A stretch of 61,058 nt of DNA, counting the filler, from Hausera hauseri (taxonomy: Eukaryota): NCBI GenBank assembly GCA_046269625.1. It is 9 parts of 9 records of this genome, joined end to end, with 100 filler letters (N's around TTAATTAATTAA, not from the genome) between each part and the next. Parts side by side here need not be neighbours in the genome. Positions count along the whole stretch, not along the records: positions 46,534 to 61,058 come from JBJURY010610998.1; 8 more parts are not named here. One strand, written 5' to 3'. Position numbers and translations under genes: made by a program. Shown here in pieces: positions 47,989 through 61,058 of this stretch. The notes under the pieces are model-generated. The model saw only the letters and a program-made list of their open reading frames with translations. It was not told the origin of the DNA and did no database searches. How positions within the stretch are numbered: the first letter of the stretch is position 1; every line of letters begins with the position of its first letter.

Positions 47989-48457
47989 CAAAAGTAAGCA
48001 CAACTGGTCCTCCAGGTTGGGGGTTGGTGCACAGGGCCGACGACCCGGTCACTGTAAAAGATTAACTCCTACGGAAACAGCAACAGATGATCAAAATACA
48101 AAACTGCAGGATGGACCTCCGGAGTGTGACACTCGCATGACTGCCAGTGGTGAAAGCCCTAAGGAAGCCACTGACACGAAAATGGAAGCCCTGATAGCAA
48201 AACCAGAAATGAGAATAGGCTTCTGGAACATTCGGACAATGAACGAAGCCGGAAAACTAAAACAAATAACCAAGGAAATGAATAATTATAAACTACACAT
48301 TTTGGGAATAGGCGAAAGCAGGTGGATAGGAACTGGGAGGATAAGAACAGCTACAGGAGGAACTGTGTTCTACTCAGGAAGAGAGGACCAGCAACACAGC
48401 GAAGGCGTAGCCATTATTCTAAAAAAAGGATTAGAAAGATTACACGTGGAATACTAA
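47989..48457 (+). mobile_element. RTE-clade LINE 5' fragment (part of the 5'UTR plus APE N-terminus)
   Basis: MRIGFWNIRTM..LHILGIGESRWIG..FYSG..HSEGVAIIL. Confidence 0.9.
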
Positions 48458-48632
48458 ACAGAATCAAAACTTAACCTTATGTTAGTCGGTTATTGCAGAC
48501 TAATAGGAATAACATACCTCCTAGTGGAAGTCTTTTGGTTGAGAACTAGAGAGCTGAGCAGAAGTCGTTGTTGAGCACATCAACTGGTAGAGTCATGTGC
48601 ACAATGCAACATTTATATACCAGGTACCATGG

Positions 48633-48895
48633 CAAGATAAGATAAGGTAAGATCTTTATTTAACCAGGGTTGAAAAATAGGCAGTATTGCCTGATTACAC
48701 TTCTGCCCTGGGGGTAGATTTTTCCTAGAATTTTGCCCGGACAGTGGCCATTAGGCCTACTCTTTTTTGATTTTCAACTGCCAAGGGATTTTTAAAGTGC
48801 ACGATAATGTACACGGACGTCCAATCTCACTACCCAGAGATCAGGGGAATTTTTAACTAGGAGATCCAGGAGAAAAAATCAGAGTTGCTAGAAAC
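48633..48895 (-). mobile_element. SINE family A copy (head truncated); duplicated at 56598-56860
   Basis: (ATAAG)n tail on the plus strand, shared core CTGCCCTGGGGGTAGATTTTTCCTAGAA..CAACTGCCAAGGGATTTTTAA. Confidence 0.8.
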
Positions 48896-49227
48896 ATCCA
48901 TGAGCAATTAGTAATAGATTGTCTCGCAGCACACCGTTTACTAGAAAATTCTGAGAAATTTCATTAGATAGCATACTGAAACAAGCCTTCGTGCTGTGAT
49001 ACTGATGATTCAGCTACCATTAAAATTCAATCAGTCACGCTCTTTTTAATGAACCCTTCTTTTAGACGTCAATAAAACAAATTTTTCAGTTTTGAGTTAT
49101 ACGTCTTATTCTTCCTATTTTTTTTTTTTTTTTTTTAAGGATTCGAATTTCAGAAAAAGCGAAGGTTCAAAACTTACTACTGTCGAATCTTTATCAACAT
49201 TCGAATGTCCTATCTCAATTTTTTATT

Positions 49228-49515
49228 TAAGTAAGTAAAGTCCATTTCACGCCTCAAGATAGGCGCATAGGGAAATGTGGAGTTAGTGTCCACATTTTAC
49301 CTTGACACCGGCACATGATTGGGTTATGCTGTCAGGATAACGTCAGACCGCCTTTACTTTCCTGGAGAATTTCTCCGGTACCCACTTTTGAGGTTGGGTG
49401 GACCCTTGGAGCCGTTTCGATCGAAAAAAATCCAGTGGTCCAGTGTCCACAGCTAGGATTGAACCCACGATCATACGACCGGCAGACGAGCGCACTAACC
49501 ACTATGCTACCCTGG
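49228..49515 (-). mobile_element. tRNA-derived SINE family B; duplicated at 57193-57480
   Basis: Minus-strand head GGTAGCATAGTGGTTAGTGCGCTCG..GGGTTCAATCC, (TTAC)n tail. Confidence 0.75.
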
Positions 49516-51055
49516 CTCCTTATTTTTTTTTATTTACATACCGGTAAAGCAAAATTTAAACTACGGACAGATCGCATGATTTTAAAAGCTCTGGTGAAAG
49601 CGGACACATAAAATAGAAGGAATCAATCATTGAATCTACATGGACCACTGCTGCGGGTTGCCTACTGGTAGGGAGTGCCTTTTGGTGCCCCATCTTCACT
49701 AATAGGAACATAATATTAACATACAGAGGACCCACAAGAGCCAAAGGCGATGAAAGCAAAGTTGAAGGGATGGGCGTGATAAGCTTGCTCATATGAACGA
49801 CATATGGTTTATTTCTGGTGAGGGGATAGGACAAATCACTGCAACCATTCCCTATATATATATATTATGCCTTCAGTACAATAGAAGATATGCGGTCGGG
49901 TGTTGCTTCGCAAAATGCCCATACTGTTCAGCTAATACCTGGGCTGACAGCGAAAAGCATGGTATCGGTGATACCGGTAGGTCACAAATGTCCATAAACA
50001 TCTCCCAACTACATATCTGGAGACTTAAAGAGCAAGCAGAAAGAACTCTGAGTGAATAAAACAAAACAACATACATGTTGAACTATTATTAGAAATAAAC
50101 AGCAATCAATAGAATGTCTCAACCACAGGTTTCACTATGTACAATTGTTCATGTCAGACAAGTAGAGGATCTGAAGTGATGCAACAGCAGAGGTTACTAA
50201 CACTGTGGCTGATGATGAAACAGACATACCGTGCAACATATAGCGTTTTTGATCGAATACAGCAAATACACGATATGCAACATCTGCAGTCCAACCCATA
50301 CACTGACATTTGATCTAAACCACAACAGCTACAAAATATACATGATATAATTTCAGGGGATTCTCCATGTTGGTGTTATAGAGACCAAAATCCCATAGGA
50401 GATCACAGAAGAGATAGTCAACTCACCAAACCTATCTAATAATGCTACAGATAAAAACTTCACTTCATGCACTATTTCACAGATCCCAAGGTACTCTGCA
50501 GACATACTATGTCGATTGCATCAGCTGCTAAACATACTTCAAGCAGGAAGAAATCATGGAAGATATTGGAAGTGGCCATTCACCAAATTTTGTAATGTGG
50601 AAACAAGCACAACACCAGTGTTTCACGTCATCCATTCTGATTTCTTTACTAAGAGTGCTAAAGGGATTGTTGTGCAGTCTTGCTATCTCAGGCTGGTGGG
50701 AAACCACAGGTACATTCATAGGGGTTCATAATAAGAGAAATAGTGAATGAAACAAGCATTCATTGACCTTGAAGAACTCACTTATGCTTTTCAGACACCT
50801 TACAGCCCCCAGTAATGATGATGCTACCACCTGAACAAAAGTACCAAACATAAATCTTCAGGTTGAAAACTAGCCATTCTGCACTAAATGTTCACATAAA
50901 CAGACTAAACCCACAGACTACAACAAGCTTTCCAGTCTCTCTATCTCAGTGGTGGAGTGTGGAATTTTTCAAAGTGTTAGCACATTATATTATTTGTCCA
51001 ATGTCACTAACACTACTGTTTACCCATAGATTAAGGCATTAAGGAAAGTTTATAC

Positions 51056-51355
51056 TAGATAAGATAGGATAAGGTAGATAAGATTTTTATTTAACCATTG
51101 TTGAGAAATGAGCAGTATTGCATTTTTACATTTCTGCCCTGGGGGTAGATTTTTCCTAGAATTTTTCCCGGCAGCAGCCTACTCTTTTTTGATTTCCAAC
51201 TGCCAAGGGATTTTTAACATACAAGACAATGAACATGAACGTCCGATCTCACCATCCAGAGATCAGGCGAATTTATTACTAGAAGATCCAGGAGAAAAAA
51301 TCCCAAATGCTTCCACCAGGATTTGAGCTCCGTACCTTCTAGCACTCGAGGTAAA
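51056..51355 (-). mobile_element. SINE family A copy; duplicated at 59021-59320
   Basis: Same core and tail; partial tRNA-like head. Confidence 0.8.
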
Positions 51356-52996
51356 CGGAAGAACAGATTTCCAATGTTTTCACCAGGATTTGAAATTATT
51401 TAATTATATTACTTAAATTAAGAAATAGTTTGCCTCTGTACTCGTCTGGTCTAAAATTCTTGAGGAAATAGTGACTACGTAACTCCTGTGGACTATGGAG
51501 CCATATTGAAACAATACTTTCCCCTCAAAATAATTTTAAAGCGCGGCAAGAATGCTAAGCACACATCCGTTCGTCTGAACTTGGTGACGTGTCAGCATTT
51601 CTCCAGTTGCTAACATTAGAATGGACCATCGGCGGTAAACTGCAAAAGAAATACATCACGAATGTAACCAATCTTCACAATAATACCAAGCTGTTTCCCT
51701 AGGGCCATGTTAGCGTGCTAACTTTGGGTTTGGGGGCGATACGGAAAGTGGTAACAACATTGCTTTTTTCCCTTTTGCAATGAAGAGCTACTGGCTGTAA
51801 GATTCTCGTTGCTTACAAGATTTTTAAATTTCGTTTTTTAAATTTTCCATTATATATTACATTCCATTTTTTTCAATTTGTAAGCATTGGTAACACTGTG
51901 AACATGGGAGCTCCGCCACTGCTCTATAAGCATCTGGCTCATTGTTAGAAATGGGAGGGAATATTCAATTACAGTGATGATGACTACGCCATGGTAAAGA
52001 AGAAAAAGAAGGCGCTGTTCGACACGCACTGCGGCCGTCACTCTCTGTGCTGTCAGATCTTTTCTAGCTTTCGTTATGGTTTGTCTATTTGCTCTTTGAA
52101 GGCCAAACTTCAGTCAAACCACATGCCAAGATATTTCATAGAGTTAGTTCTTGCCACAGCCATTCCACACACACTAATACAATTATTCACCGATGATTTA
52201 GTCGGATTGACAAGTGCCCCTGATGGCTCACCAATACAGTATAACTCCAACTGTAGTTAAATAGCAACATGAGGCCCATTTGTTCCCTGACAGCAGGCTT
52301 AGCCTTCCAAACAACTGGTGAAGTGACAAGATGCAATAAATGGTCAGTGTGTGCTACGAGTCTTACAGTGCCATTTGCATTTCACGACACTTTGCTGCTA
52401 ATCGCCTTTCCATTAGTTAACAACGATTCCAAAGAGAGTAAAGGTAGTCTGCCATTATGCTGGCAACATAACCCAGTTATGTATCAGTTGTCAATAAAAT
52501 ATGTGGATACAAACTCAACATTCCCTTAGATGGCTTTGTATGTGAATTGGTGACATTAATTAACTCATGATTTAATTTGATCCATAAATGTATGCACATT
52601 AAAAATGTCTGCTAATCTGTCATGCTGACCTGCCTTCCGCTGATTTGTACCGGTACATCATGAAATAAGCTGAGAACAGACAAGTGACATTTTGTTTTTA
52701 TTAATGAGGATCCTAACTCAGTGCATGGACTGTTGCACGAATGAGGACCCCTTGGGTTTGTTATGTTGCACGAATGAGGACCCCTTGGATTTGGTAAATT
52801 TTCAGTGTTATGTCTACACCACTTTGATATTCAACTGCCAAGGGATTTTTTTAAAAATGTGCATAAGAATGTACATGTCCAGTACCTCGAGGCCATTGGG
52901 CCCCCACAGGCCCTAATATGACCATGTCTATAAAATATTGATTTGTAAATGTTACTTGTGTTGATTAAAGTTGAACATTTATTGTTTGAATGAATG

Positions 52997-53291
52997 AAAT
53001 CTTTATTTAACCAGGGTTGAAAAATAGTATTGCCTTTTTACATTCCTGCCCTGAGGGTAGATTTCTCCTAGAATTTTTCCCGAACAGCGGCTGTTAGGCC
53101 TCCTCTTCTCCGATTTTCAACTGCCAATGGATTTTTAATGTTCACGACCTTGTACATGGACGTCCGATCACTACCCAGAGATAGAGGAATTATTACTAGA
53201 AGATCCAGGAGAAAAAATCCAAAGTGCTTCTACCTGGATGTGAACCCCCATGCCTCTAGCACTTGAAGCGGACATCCTACCTTGAGACCAT
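52997..53291 (-). mobile_element. SINE family A copy with tRNA-derived head
   Basis: Minus strand A box TGGTCTCAAGG and B box GGTTCACATCC plus shared core. Confidence 0.8.
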
Positions 53292-55824
53292 GTTGCTTTT
53301 TATAACTGAAAGAGATTAGCTCATAAGAGAATCTTAATGACAATTCTGAAACAGCATTTATTACATTTGTGGTGAAATTAAGTTATAGTAGAAAGGTCTT
53401 GTTCTGGGTATTGGAAGGCTTGTGAATGAATTTGGAATGGGAGTGATTGGATAGTTTGGGAGGAGGGTGGAGATGTGATACAATGATCACCATTTTCAGA
53501 GTACATTGATTTTTTTTGGTCATTGTTACATGGATTATCATTATTGCAAAGTGAATAAAGTCTGGATTTTCAGTTTTCCTGTCAATTACTTGGGATCTCA
53601 GCTGGATTCATTAATTCCATAAGGCTGACAAGAGTTTGCTAGTGGAATTTTTCCTGAACAAGGATTTAAATGGGAGCTTGGTAGTGTAGTTGTTAGTGCA
53701 CTTGCTAACCAATGACAGTGTGTTGGGTTTTGCTCCCATCAGTGGCAGGTTGAACAATACTATTTTTCACCTAAATTGCTCCAGTGTCCAAAAAGCCAGG
53801 TAACATTCTTTGGGAAAGTAAGTGTCTGTGGCATTATACGAACTCCACATTCTTTTATCCACCTTCAGGTGTGAATTTGTTTTACCGTTACAAGTTCTTA
53901 AAATCTTTCTCCATTTCTTTTTCCCCAATGCCAAGGAATCATCATTGTGTGGAGCCCCAAGTTTGTATATCTGCCACTAATAGAACTTTGTTCATGATCA
54001 TACACAGTCTAGGTTCAGGGTTCTGTAATTTTTATTGGACTTTGTGAAAACTGGATACTGGGAGCCATGTTCTATCTCATGCCTCAAGCACTCATTAGTG
54101 TTCTCCATGCTTGAATGTTACCAGTAAACTTGTACATAGCAGTCTACAGTAATGACTCAGGCCCTGTCACCACATAGCAACCTAGTACTAGGTATTAGAA
54201 GTTGACCAATGCTTCAAGGATGGGCACATTCTTTGTAGTCTTGGTGCAAAGTTTGCGAACAGAGCATGAACTAGTACATAACACAGGCCTGAGATGGAAA
54301 AGGTGTCAGATTACTAATAGCTAATTCTTAGATTTTGAGGTGTTGAGATGAGGGGGGGGGGGAGAAAAATTATGAAAATACAAATTACAGCACTCATAAT
54401 TTTCCCAAAGATTCCGTTGTTTTACTAATTTCAAAGACTATTAATTTCACTACTAATTAATTTAATTAATTATTGTTATCTTATGTTTGAAGTGTTGCCA
54501 GGAGTTATCTGGTTTCAATGATACTGCATCTGTGGAGAATATGTAGTGAATTATCCCTTTGACTGAACAAATTAATGCTCATAAATAGCTGCCAAAGATG
54601 GCAATATCCAGCAAGCAGGGGTTATCAGGCGACAGGGACTGCATAACAATGAGCCCCACTGAATCTGTGGATGCTGGAATGTGGGATACCTAATAGTGGG
54701 ATACCTAACAGTGCGAAGGGGAGAAATCATTGACACACCAAAAGAAGCAATTTGGAGCTAGCAAGGGAAAATAAAATACTCTCCAGTGATCAGTGGTACA
54801 GTGCCCATGCCTTGCACAACCCACATGGGATAGGGAATAACTACAAGGAAGAAAAGAAGCTAATTACAATCTCCACTCTATTGATGACATGGACTGGATT
54901 AAAGACAGACTCCCTGTGTTATCTTACAAAAGTTATTGAAAACACCCCTATAGGTTGTTTCCAGTTTAAGTTTCCCACATAAAAACATTATTTTTACTCT
55001 AATTCAAACAAATAAAATGACATAACAGTTGTCAAAATTCATATTCTGAACAAAAATTGTATTTAAGTCATGGAACTAGGTCTACTAAATATATATTTGT
55101 GTTGATTTTCTTTGAATTTTATCAACCTGATTTTAAAACTCAAAACAACCGTTGCCGGTGAAGTTGATGTATATTATTTATTAAGAACTTTGTTTGAATG
55201 TACAACAATCATGACATTTCATTGTAAGAACAGTAGCCATCGTTAATTTGTACATTCAAAATTATTAATTAATAACTACCGTCTCAACCTACAACAGTTT
55301 TTTCCCATTTTTAAATAAGTCTGAACACAAATAAAGAAACAAAGTTGCAGACATGTTCTGCACATCTAGTTATATGATTTATATATAATGTTTTCTCTAA
55401 ATAAACTGACATAACATGTCAAAAATTTTGATATATGTCAGATTATTTCTCTGGATCGGAGTGAAATTACCAGATGGCAGTTCCCTGCTTCCTGCTCTCA
55501 AATAAAAATCGTGACATAAGGCAGTTAAATTATAACTGAAGATCTATGATATAATTGGCACTGTCAAACTCCTTAGGCTGTGAAAGATGATGTAGAGATA
55601 AGACTACCCAAGGATCTGTAAGAATTATAGTATGATGGTCCAAATTTGAGAGTATGTCTGCTACCAAAACTTTCATAAGAAACGTGTCCCATCTCCAACA
55701 AATATTTTCCCACATATAGCATATTATTGTCTTAATACATGAATCCCTGGCAACACATAGGTCACAATGGTGGTGCTTCTGTCCCATGTGTATTTGCTCA
55801 TGGCCATAAAGTTCAATTCTGCCA

Positions 55825-56422
55825 TCTGTGCTTATACCTTGATGTGGTTTGGCAGCTTGAGTACCCTGACGACCCCCAGAGCTATGCAAGCGGGAGTTTT
55901 ACTCCTGGCAGGTTCAACCAAGCTGGACAGGTCTGCATGGGGTAGGGGTCTGACAAAAGTAAACACAACTGGTCCTCCAGGTTGGGGGTTGGTGCATAGG
56001 GCTGATGACCCGGTCACTGTAAAAGATTAACTGTTACGGAAACAACAACAGATGATCAAAATACAAAACTGCAGGATGGACCTCCGGAGTGTGACACTCG
56101 CATGACTGCCAGTGGTGAAAGCCCTAAGGAAGCCACTGACACGAAAATGGAAGCCCTGATAGCAAAACCAGAAATGAGAATAGGCTTCTGGAACATTCGG
56201 ACAATGAACGAAGCCGGAAAACTAAAACAAATAACCAAGGAAATGAATAATTATAAACTACACATTTTGGGAATAGGCGAAAGCAGGTGGATAGGAACTG
56301 GGAGGATAAGAACAGCTACAGGAGGAACTGTGTTCTACTCAGGAAGAGAGGACCAGCAACACAGCGAAGGCGTAGCCATTATTCTAAAAAAAGGATTAGA
56401 AAGATTACACGTGGAATACTAA
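55825..56422 (+). mobile_element. RTE-clade LINE 5' fragment with longer 5'UTR plus APE N-terminus
   Basis: RTE-type 5'UTR (..GACAGGTC..CTGACAAAA..TGGTCCTCCAGGTTGGGGGTTG) followed by the same APE ORF. Confidence 0.9.
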
Positions 56423-59400
56423 ACAGAATCAAAACTTAACCTTATGTTAGTCGGTTATTGCAGACTAATAGGAATAACATACCTCCTAGTGGAAGTCTTT
56501 TGGTTGAGAACTAGAGAGCTGAGCAGAAGTCGTTGTTGAGCACATCAACTGGTAGAGTCATGTGCACAATGCAACATTTATATACCAGGTACCATGGCAA
56601 GATAAGATAAGGTAAGATCTTTATTTAACCAGGGTTGAAAAATAGGCAGTATTGCCTGATTACACTTCTGCCCTGGGGGTAGATTTTTCCTAGAATTTTG
56701 CCCGGACAGTGGCCATTAGGCCTACTCTTTTTTGATTTTCAACTGCCAAGGGATTTTTAAAGTGCACGATAATGTACACGGACGTCCAATCTCACTACCC
56801 AGAGATCAGGGGAATTTTTAACTAGGAGATCCAGGAGAAAAAATCAGAGTTGCTAGAAACATCCATGAGCAATTAGTAATAGATTGTCTCGCAGCACACC
56901 GTTTACTAGAAAATTCTGAGAAATTTCATTAGATAGCATACTGAAACAAGCCTTCGTGCTGTGATACTGATGATTCAGCTACCATTAAAATTCAATCAGT
57001 CACGCTCTTTTTAATGAACCCTTCTTTTAGACGTCAATAAAACAAATTTTTCAGTTTTGAGTTATACGTCTTATTCTTCCTATTTTTTTTTTTTTTTTTT
57101 TAAGGATTCGAATTTCAGAAAAAGCGAAGGTTCAAAACTTACTACTGTCGAATCTTTATCAACATTCGAATGTCCTATCTCAATTTTTTATTTAAGTAAG
57201 TAAAGTCCATTTCACGCCTCAAGATAGGCGCATAGGGAAATGTGGAGTTAGTGTCCACATTTTACCTTGACACCGGCACATGATTGGGTTATGCTGTCAG
57301 GATAACGTCAGACCGCCTTTACTTTCCTGGAGAATTTCTCCGGTACCCACTTTTGAGGTTGGGTGGACCCTTGGAGCCGTTTCGATCGAAAAAAATCCAG
57401 TGGTCCAGTGTCCACAGCTAGGATTGAACCCACGATCATACGACCGGCAGACGAGCGCACTAACCACTATGCTACCCTGGCTCCTTATTTTTTTTTATTT
57501 ACATACCGGTAAAGCAAAATTTAAACTACGGACAGATCGCATGATTTTAAAAGCTCTGGTGAAAGCGGACACATAAAATAGAAGGAATCAATCATTGAAT
57601 CTACATGGACCACTGCTGCGGGTTGCCTACTGGTAGGGAGTGCCTTTTGGTGCCCCATCTTCACTAATAGGAACATAATATTAACATACAGAGGACCCAC
57701 AAGAGCCAAAGGCGATGAAAGCAAAGTTGAAGGGATGGGCGTGATAAGCTTGCTCATATGAACGACATATGGTTTATTTCTGGTGAGGGGATAGGACAAA
57801 TCACTGCAACCATTCCCTATATATATATATTATGCCTTCAGTACAATAGAAGATATGCGGTCGGGTGTTGCTTCGCAAAATGCCCATACTGTTCAGCTAA
57901 TACCTGGGCTGACAGCGAAAAGCATGGTATCGGTGATACCGGTAGGTCACAAATGTCCATAAACATCTCCCAACTACATATCTGGAGACTTAAAGAGCAA
58001 GCAGAAAGAACTCTGAGTGAATAAAACAAAACAACATACATGTTGAACTATTATTAGAAATAAACAGCAATCAATAGAATGTCTCAACCACAGGTTTCAC
58101 TATGTACAATTGTTCATGTCAGACAAGTAGAGGATCTGAAGTGATGCAACAGCAGAGGTTACTAACACTGTGGCTGATGATGAAACAGACATACCGTGCA
58201 ACATATAGCGTTTTTGATCGAATACAGCAAATACACGATATGCAACATCTGCAGTCCAACCCATACACTGACATTTGATCTAAACCACAACAGCTACAAA
58301 ATATACATGATATAATTTCAGGGGATTCTCCATGTTGGTGTTATAGAGACCAAAATCCCATAGGAGATCACAGAAGAGATAGTCAACTCACCAAACCTAT
58401 CTAATAATGCTACAGATAAAAACTTCACTTCATGCACTATTTCACAGATCCCAAGGTACTCTGCAGACATACTATGTCGATTGCATCAGCTGCTAAACAT
58501 ACTTCAAGCAGGAAGAAATCATGGAAGATATTGGAAGTGGCCATTCACCAAATTTTGTAATGTGGAAACAAGCACAACACCAGTGTTTCACGTCATCCAT
58601 TCTGATTTCTTTACTAAGAGTGCTAAAGGGATTGTTGTGCAGTCTTGCTATCTCAGGCTGGTGGGAAACCACAGGTACATTCATAGGGGTTCATAATAAG
58701 AGAAATAGTGAATGAAACAAGCATTCATTGACCTTGAAGAACTCACTTATGCTTTTCAGACACCTTACAGCCCCCAGTAATGATGATGCTACCACCTGAA
58801 CAAAAGTACCAAACATAAATCTTCAGGTTGAAAACTAGCCATTCTGCACTAAATGTTCACATAAACAGACTAAACCCACAGACTACAACAAGCTTTCCAG
58901 TCTCTCTATCTCAGTGGTGGAGTGTGGAATTTTTCAAAGTGTTAGCACATTATATTATTTGTCCAATGTCACTAACACTACTGTTTACCCATAGATTAAG
59001 GCATTAAGGAAAGTTTATACTAGATAAGATAGGATAAGGTAGATAAGATTTTTATTTAACCATTGTTGAGAAATGAGCAGTATTGCATTTTTACATTTCT
59101 GCCCTGGGGGTAGATTTTTCCTAGAATTTTTCCCGGCAGCAGCCTACTCTTTTTTGATTTCCAACTGCCAAGGGATTTTTAACATACAAGACAATGAACA
59201 TGAACGTCCGATCTCACCATCCAGAGATCAGGCGAATTTATTACTAGAAGATCCAGGAGAAAAAATCCCAAATGCTTCCACCAGGATTTGAGCTCCGTAC
59301 CTTCTAGCACTCGAGGTAAACGGAAGAACAGATTTCCAATGTTTTCACCAGGATTTGAAATTATTTAATTATATTACTTAAATTAAGAAATAGTTTGCCT

Positions 59401-59852
59401 CTGTACTCGTCTGGTCTAAAATTCTTGAGGAAATAGTGACTACGTAACTCCTGTGGACTATGGAGCCATATTGAAACAATACTTTCCCCTCAAAATAATT
59501 TTAAAGCGCGGCAAGAATGCTAAGCACACATCCGTTCGTCTGAACTTGGTGACGTGTCAGCATTTCTCCAGTTGCTAACATTAGAATGGACCATCGGCGG
59601 TAAACTGCAAAAGAAATACATCACGAATGTAACCAATCTTCACAATAATACCAAGCTGTTTCCCTAGGGCCATGTTAGCGTGCTAACTTTGGGTTTGGGG
59701 GCGATACGGAAAGTGGTAACAACATTGCTTTTTTCCCTTTTGCAATGAAGAGCTACTGGCTGTAAGATTCTCGTTGCTTACAAGATTTTTAAATTTCGTT
59801 TTTTAAATTTTCCATTATATATTATATTCCATTTTGTTTTCATTTTGTAAGC
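55954..59852 (+). repeat. 3.9-kb direct duplication, copy 2
   Basis: Matches 47989-51885. Confidence 0.97.
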
Positions 59853-59869
59853 TCCGCCAATGGAGAGTA

Positions 59870-60335
59870 CTTACACTTACTTATCCCTGCGACCTCTTTG
59901 TGGAGCATAGGTCGTCTGCAAGAGCTCTCCAACCTTTCATGTCATGAGCCTTTCTTTCTGTCGGGTTCCATGTGTAGACATACTTTTTTTTATATCTGCC
60001 TCTAAGTTTCTGCGCTAGGTATTTCATGGTCTTCCTACATTTCTGCTTCGCTGGGGATTCCAGGTTAGTGCTTGTCTAGTACAATTTGTAAAGGGTTTCC
60101 GCAGTGTATGTTCAATCCATCTCCAGCGTCTTCTTGCAATATCTTCATCAACTGGGTGTTGGTTTGTTTTTTGCCAGAGATCAGGGTTGCTGATAGTGTC
60201 AGGCCAGTAAATGTTTAGTATCCTTCTTAGTCAGATATTTATAAGGTCTGCAGTTTCTTTGTGATCTTCGATGCTATTTTCCACGCGTTTCTGCTCCATA
60301 CAGCAGGACTGCTTGACGTTGCTGTTGAATATAAG
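59870..60335 (-). mobile_element. RTE LINE 3' fragment
   Basis: [40 protein letters not shown], (GTAA)n-like tail. Confidence 0.88.
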
Positions 60336-60394
60336 TATTTTAATTTGAACTGCATAAACGTGGAAGATTTCATCGAAGATCGCAAACAAACAGT

Positions 60395-60586
60395 TGACCT
60401 TCATCCCCAAGGAAACAGAAATGTAGGAAAACCACCTAATACCTGGCGTAGAAACGTAGAGGCAGATAGAAAAAAAAGTTTTGGCTACACCTAGAACCAG
60501 AAAAAAAGAAAGGCCCAGGACAGGAAAGGTTTGAGAGCTCTTGTAGACGACCTATGCTTCACAAAGGGATCGCAGGGATAAGTAAA
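60395..60586 (+). mobile_element. RTE LINE 3' fragment, inverted relative to the previous one
   Basis: PQGNRNVGKPPNTWRRNVEAD..AQDRKG..ALVDDLC, ending GGGATAAGTAA. Confidence 0.85.
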
Positions 60587-60692
60587 TAGTGAAACAAACA
60601 AACAAATATGTGTATGAACATGGCACTCGATAGTCCGAAAGAAGTAGATCAGAAGGAGAAGAACATACTAGACAACAGAAAAAACAACAGGA

Positions 60693-60768
60693 AATTGCTC
60701 ACTCCGGGATTCGAACCCGCAACACTGAAACGACGCAATCGCCTTGCCACGACAGCAAGCCACCGATG
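60693..60768 (-). mobile_element. tRNA-like SINE head
   Basis: B box GGGTTCGAATCCCG; no complete cloverleaf. Confidence 0.5.
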
Positions 60769-60769
60769 A

Positions 60770-61058
60770 TGTAGAATGACTGAGCCGTCTGTATAAATTA
60801 CAGAATCTTCTTCAGTGGAATATTCGCTGACAAGTGCTTGAACTTCATACTGCACGGCGACAGGGACTTTGCTCTTTGGACTGCCTGCCAAGAGTGATGA
60901 TGGCTGAAAAGGCATCTCGAAATATGCGAGGGATCAATACCTATTCCTCTCCTGGTTCTATGACGGTACCTCTGCACAATCCCAGGTCTTGCCTCTCTTC
61001 AGTCTGCCACTCTTGTTCTTAATGAGCTCTGGGTGTAGCGGGTGTTCCACATCTATCA
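60770..61058 (-). pseudogene. Fragment of an RNase H-bearing LINE (I/Ingi-like)
   Basis: VIYTDGSV RNase H first motif, decayed upstream frame. Confidence 0.6.

Larger units (their letters stand above)
47989..51885 (+). repeat. 3.9-kb direct duplication, copy 1
   Basis: Matches 55954-59852 at offset 7965; ORF track duplicated. Confidence 0.97.

Noticed and set aside
56003-56060. Hammerhead ribozyme core CTGATGA..GAAA in the RTE 5'UTR
   Set aside because: Flanking stems are not convincing, and the other copy reads CCGACGA.
60693-60768. tRNA gene
   Set aside because: B box present but no full cloverleaf; better explained as a SINE head.

Overview
This window is not one locus. It is nine unrelated eukaryotic contigs joined by eight artificial 100-bp linkers (N44-TTAATTAATTAA-N44), from at least a teleost fish and one or more AT-rich invertebrates. 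Most of the recognisable content is mobile DNA. (1) 1-7474: fish epsilon/gamma-like endogenous retrovirus with broken gag, protease plus 2H-phosphoesterase, intact RT-RNaseH-IN and intact env. (2) Decayed piggyBac transposase with two apparent introns, plus an orphan ORF. (3) Fish Rex3/Rex1 LINEs and a SINE, next to an invertebrate-type spliced GPCR. (4) Gypsy integrase fragment and a decayed Polinton/adintovirus-type protein-primed PolB. (5) Fish B30.2 and OlfC/V2R exons. (6) A decayed LTR-retroelement-like polyprotein whose order is unknown region - ubiquitin-like domain - chuvirus/gB-like class III fusion glycoprotein - aspartic protease, so the envelope gene lies UPSTREAM of pol. This is the best candidate for an undescribed system. 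(7) Gypsy pol with PPT and a short LTR. (8) A >1390-aa ORF with a duplicated novel domain and a Ulp1/SUMO-type protease (NeSL-like LINE). (9) Invertebrate DNA rich in SINEs and RTE fragments with a 3.9-kb near-identical duplication. All domain calls come from motif recognition by eye; no searches were run.
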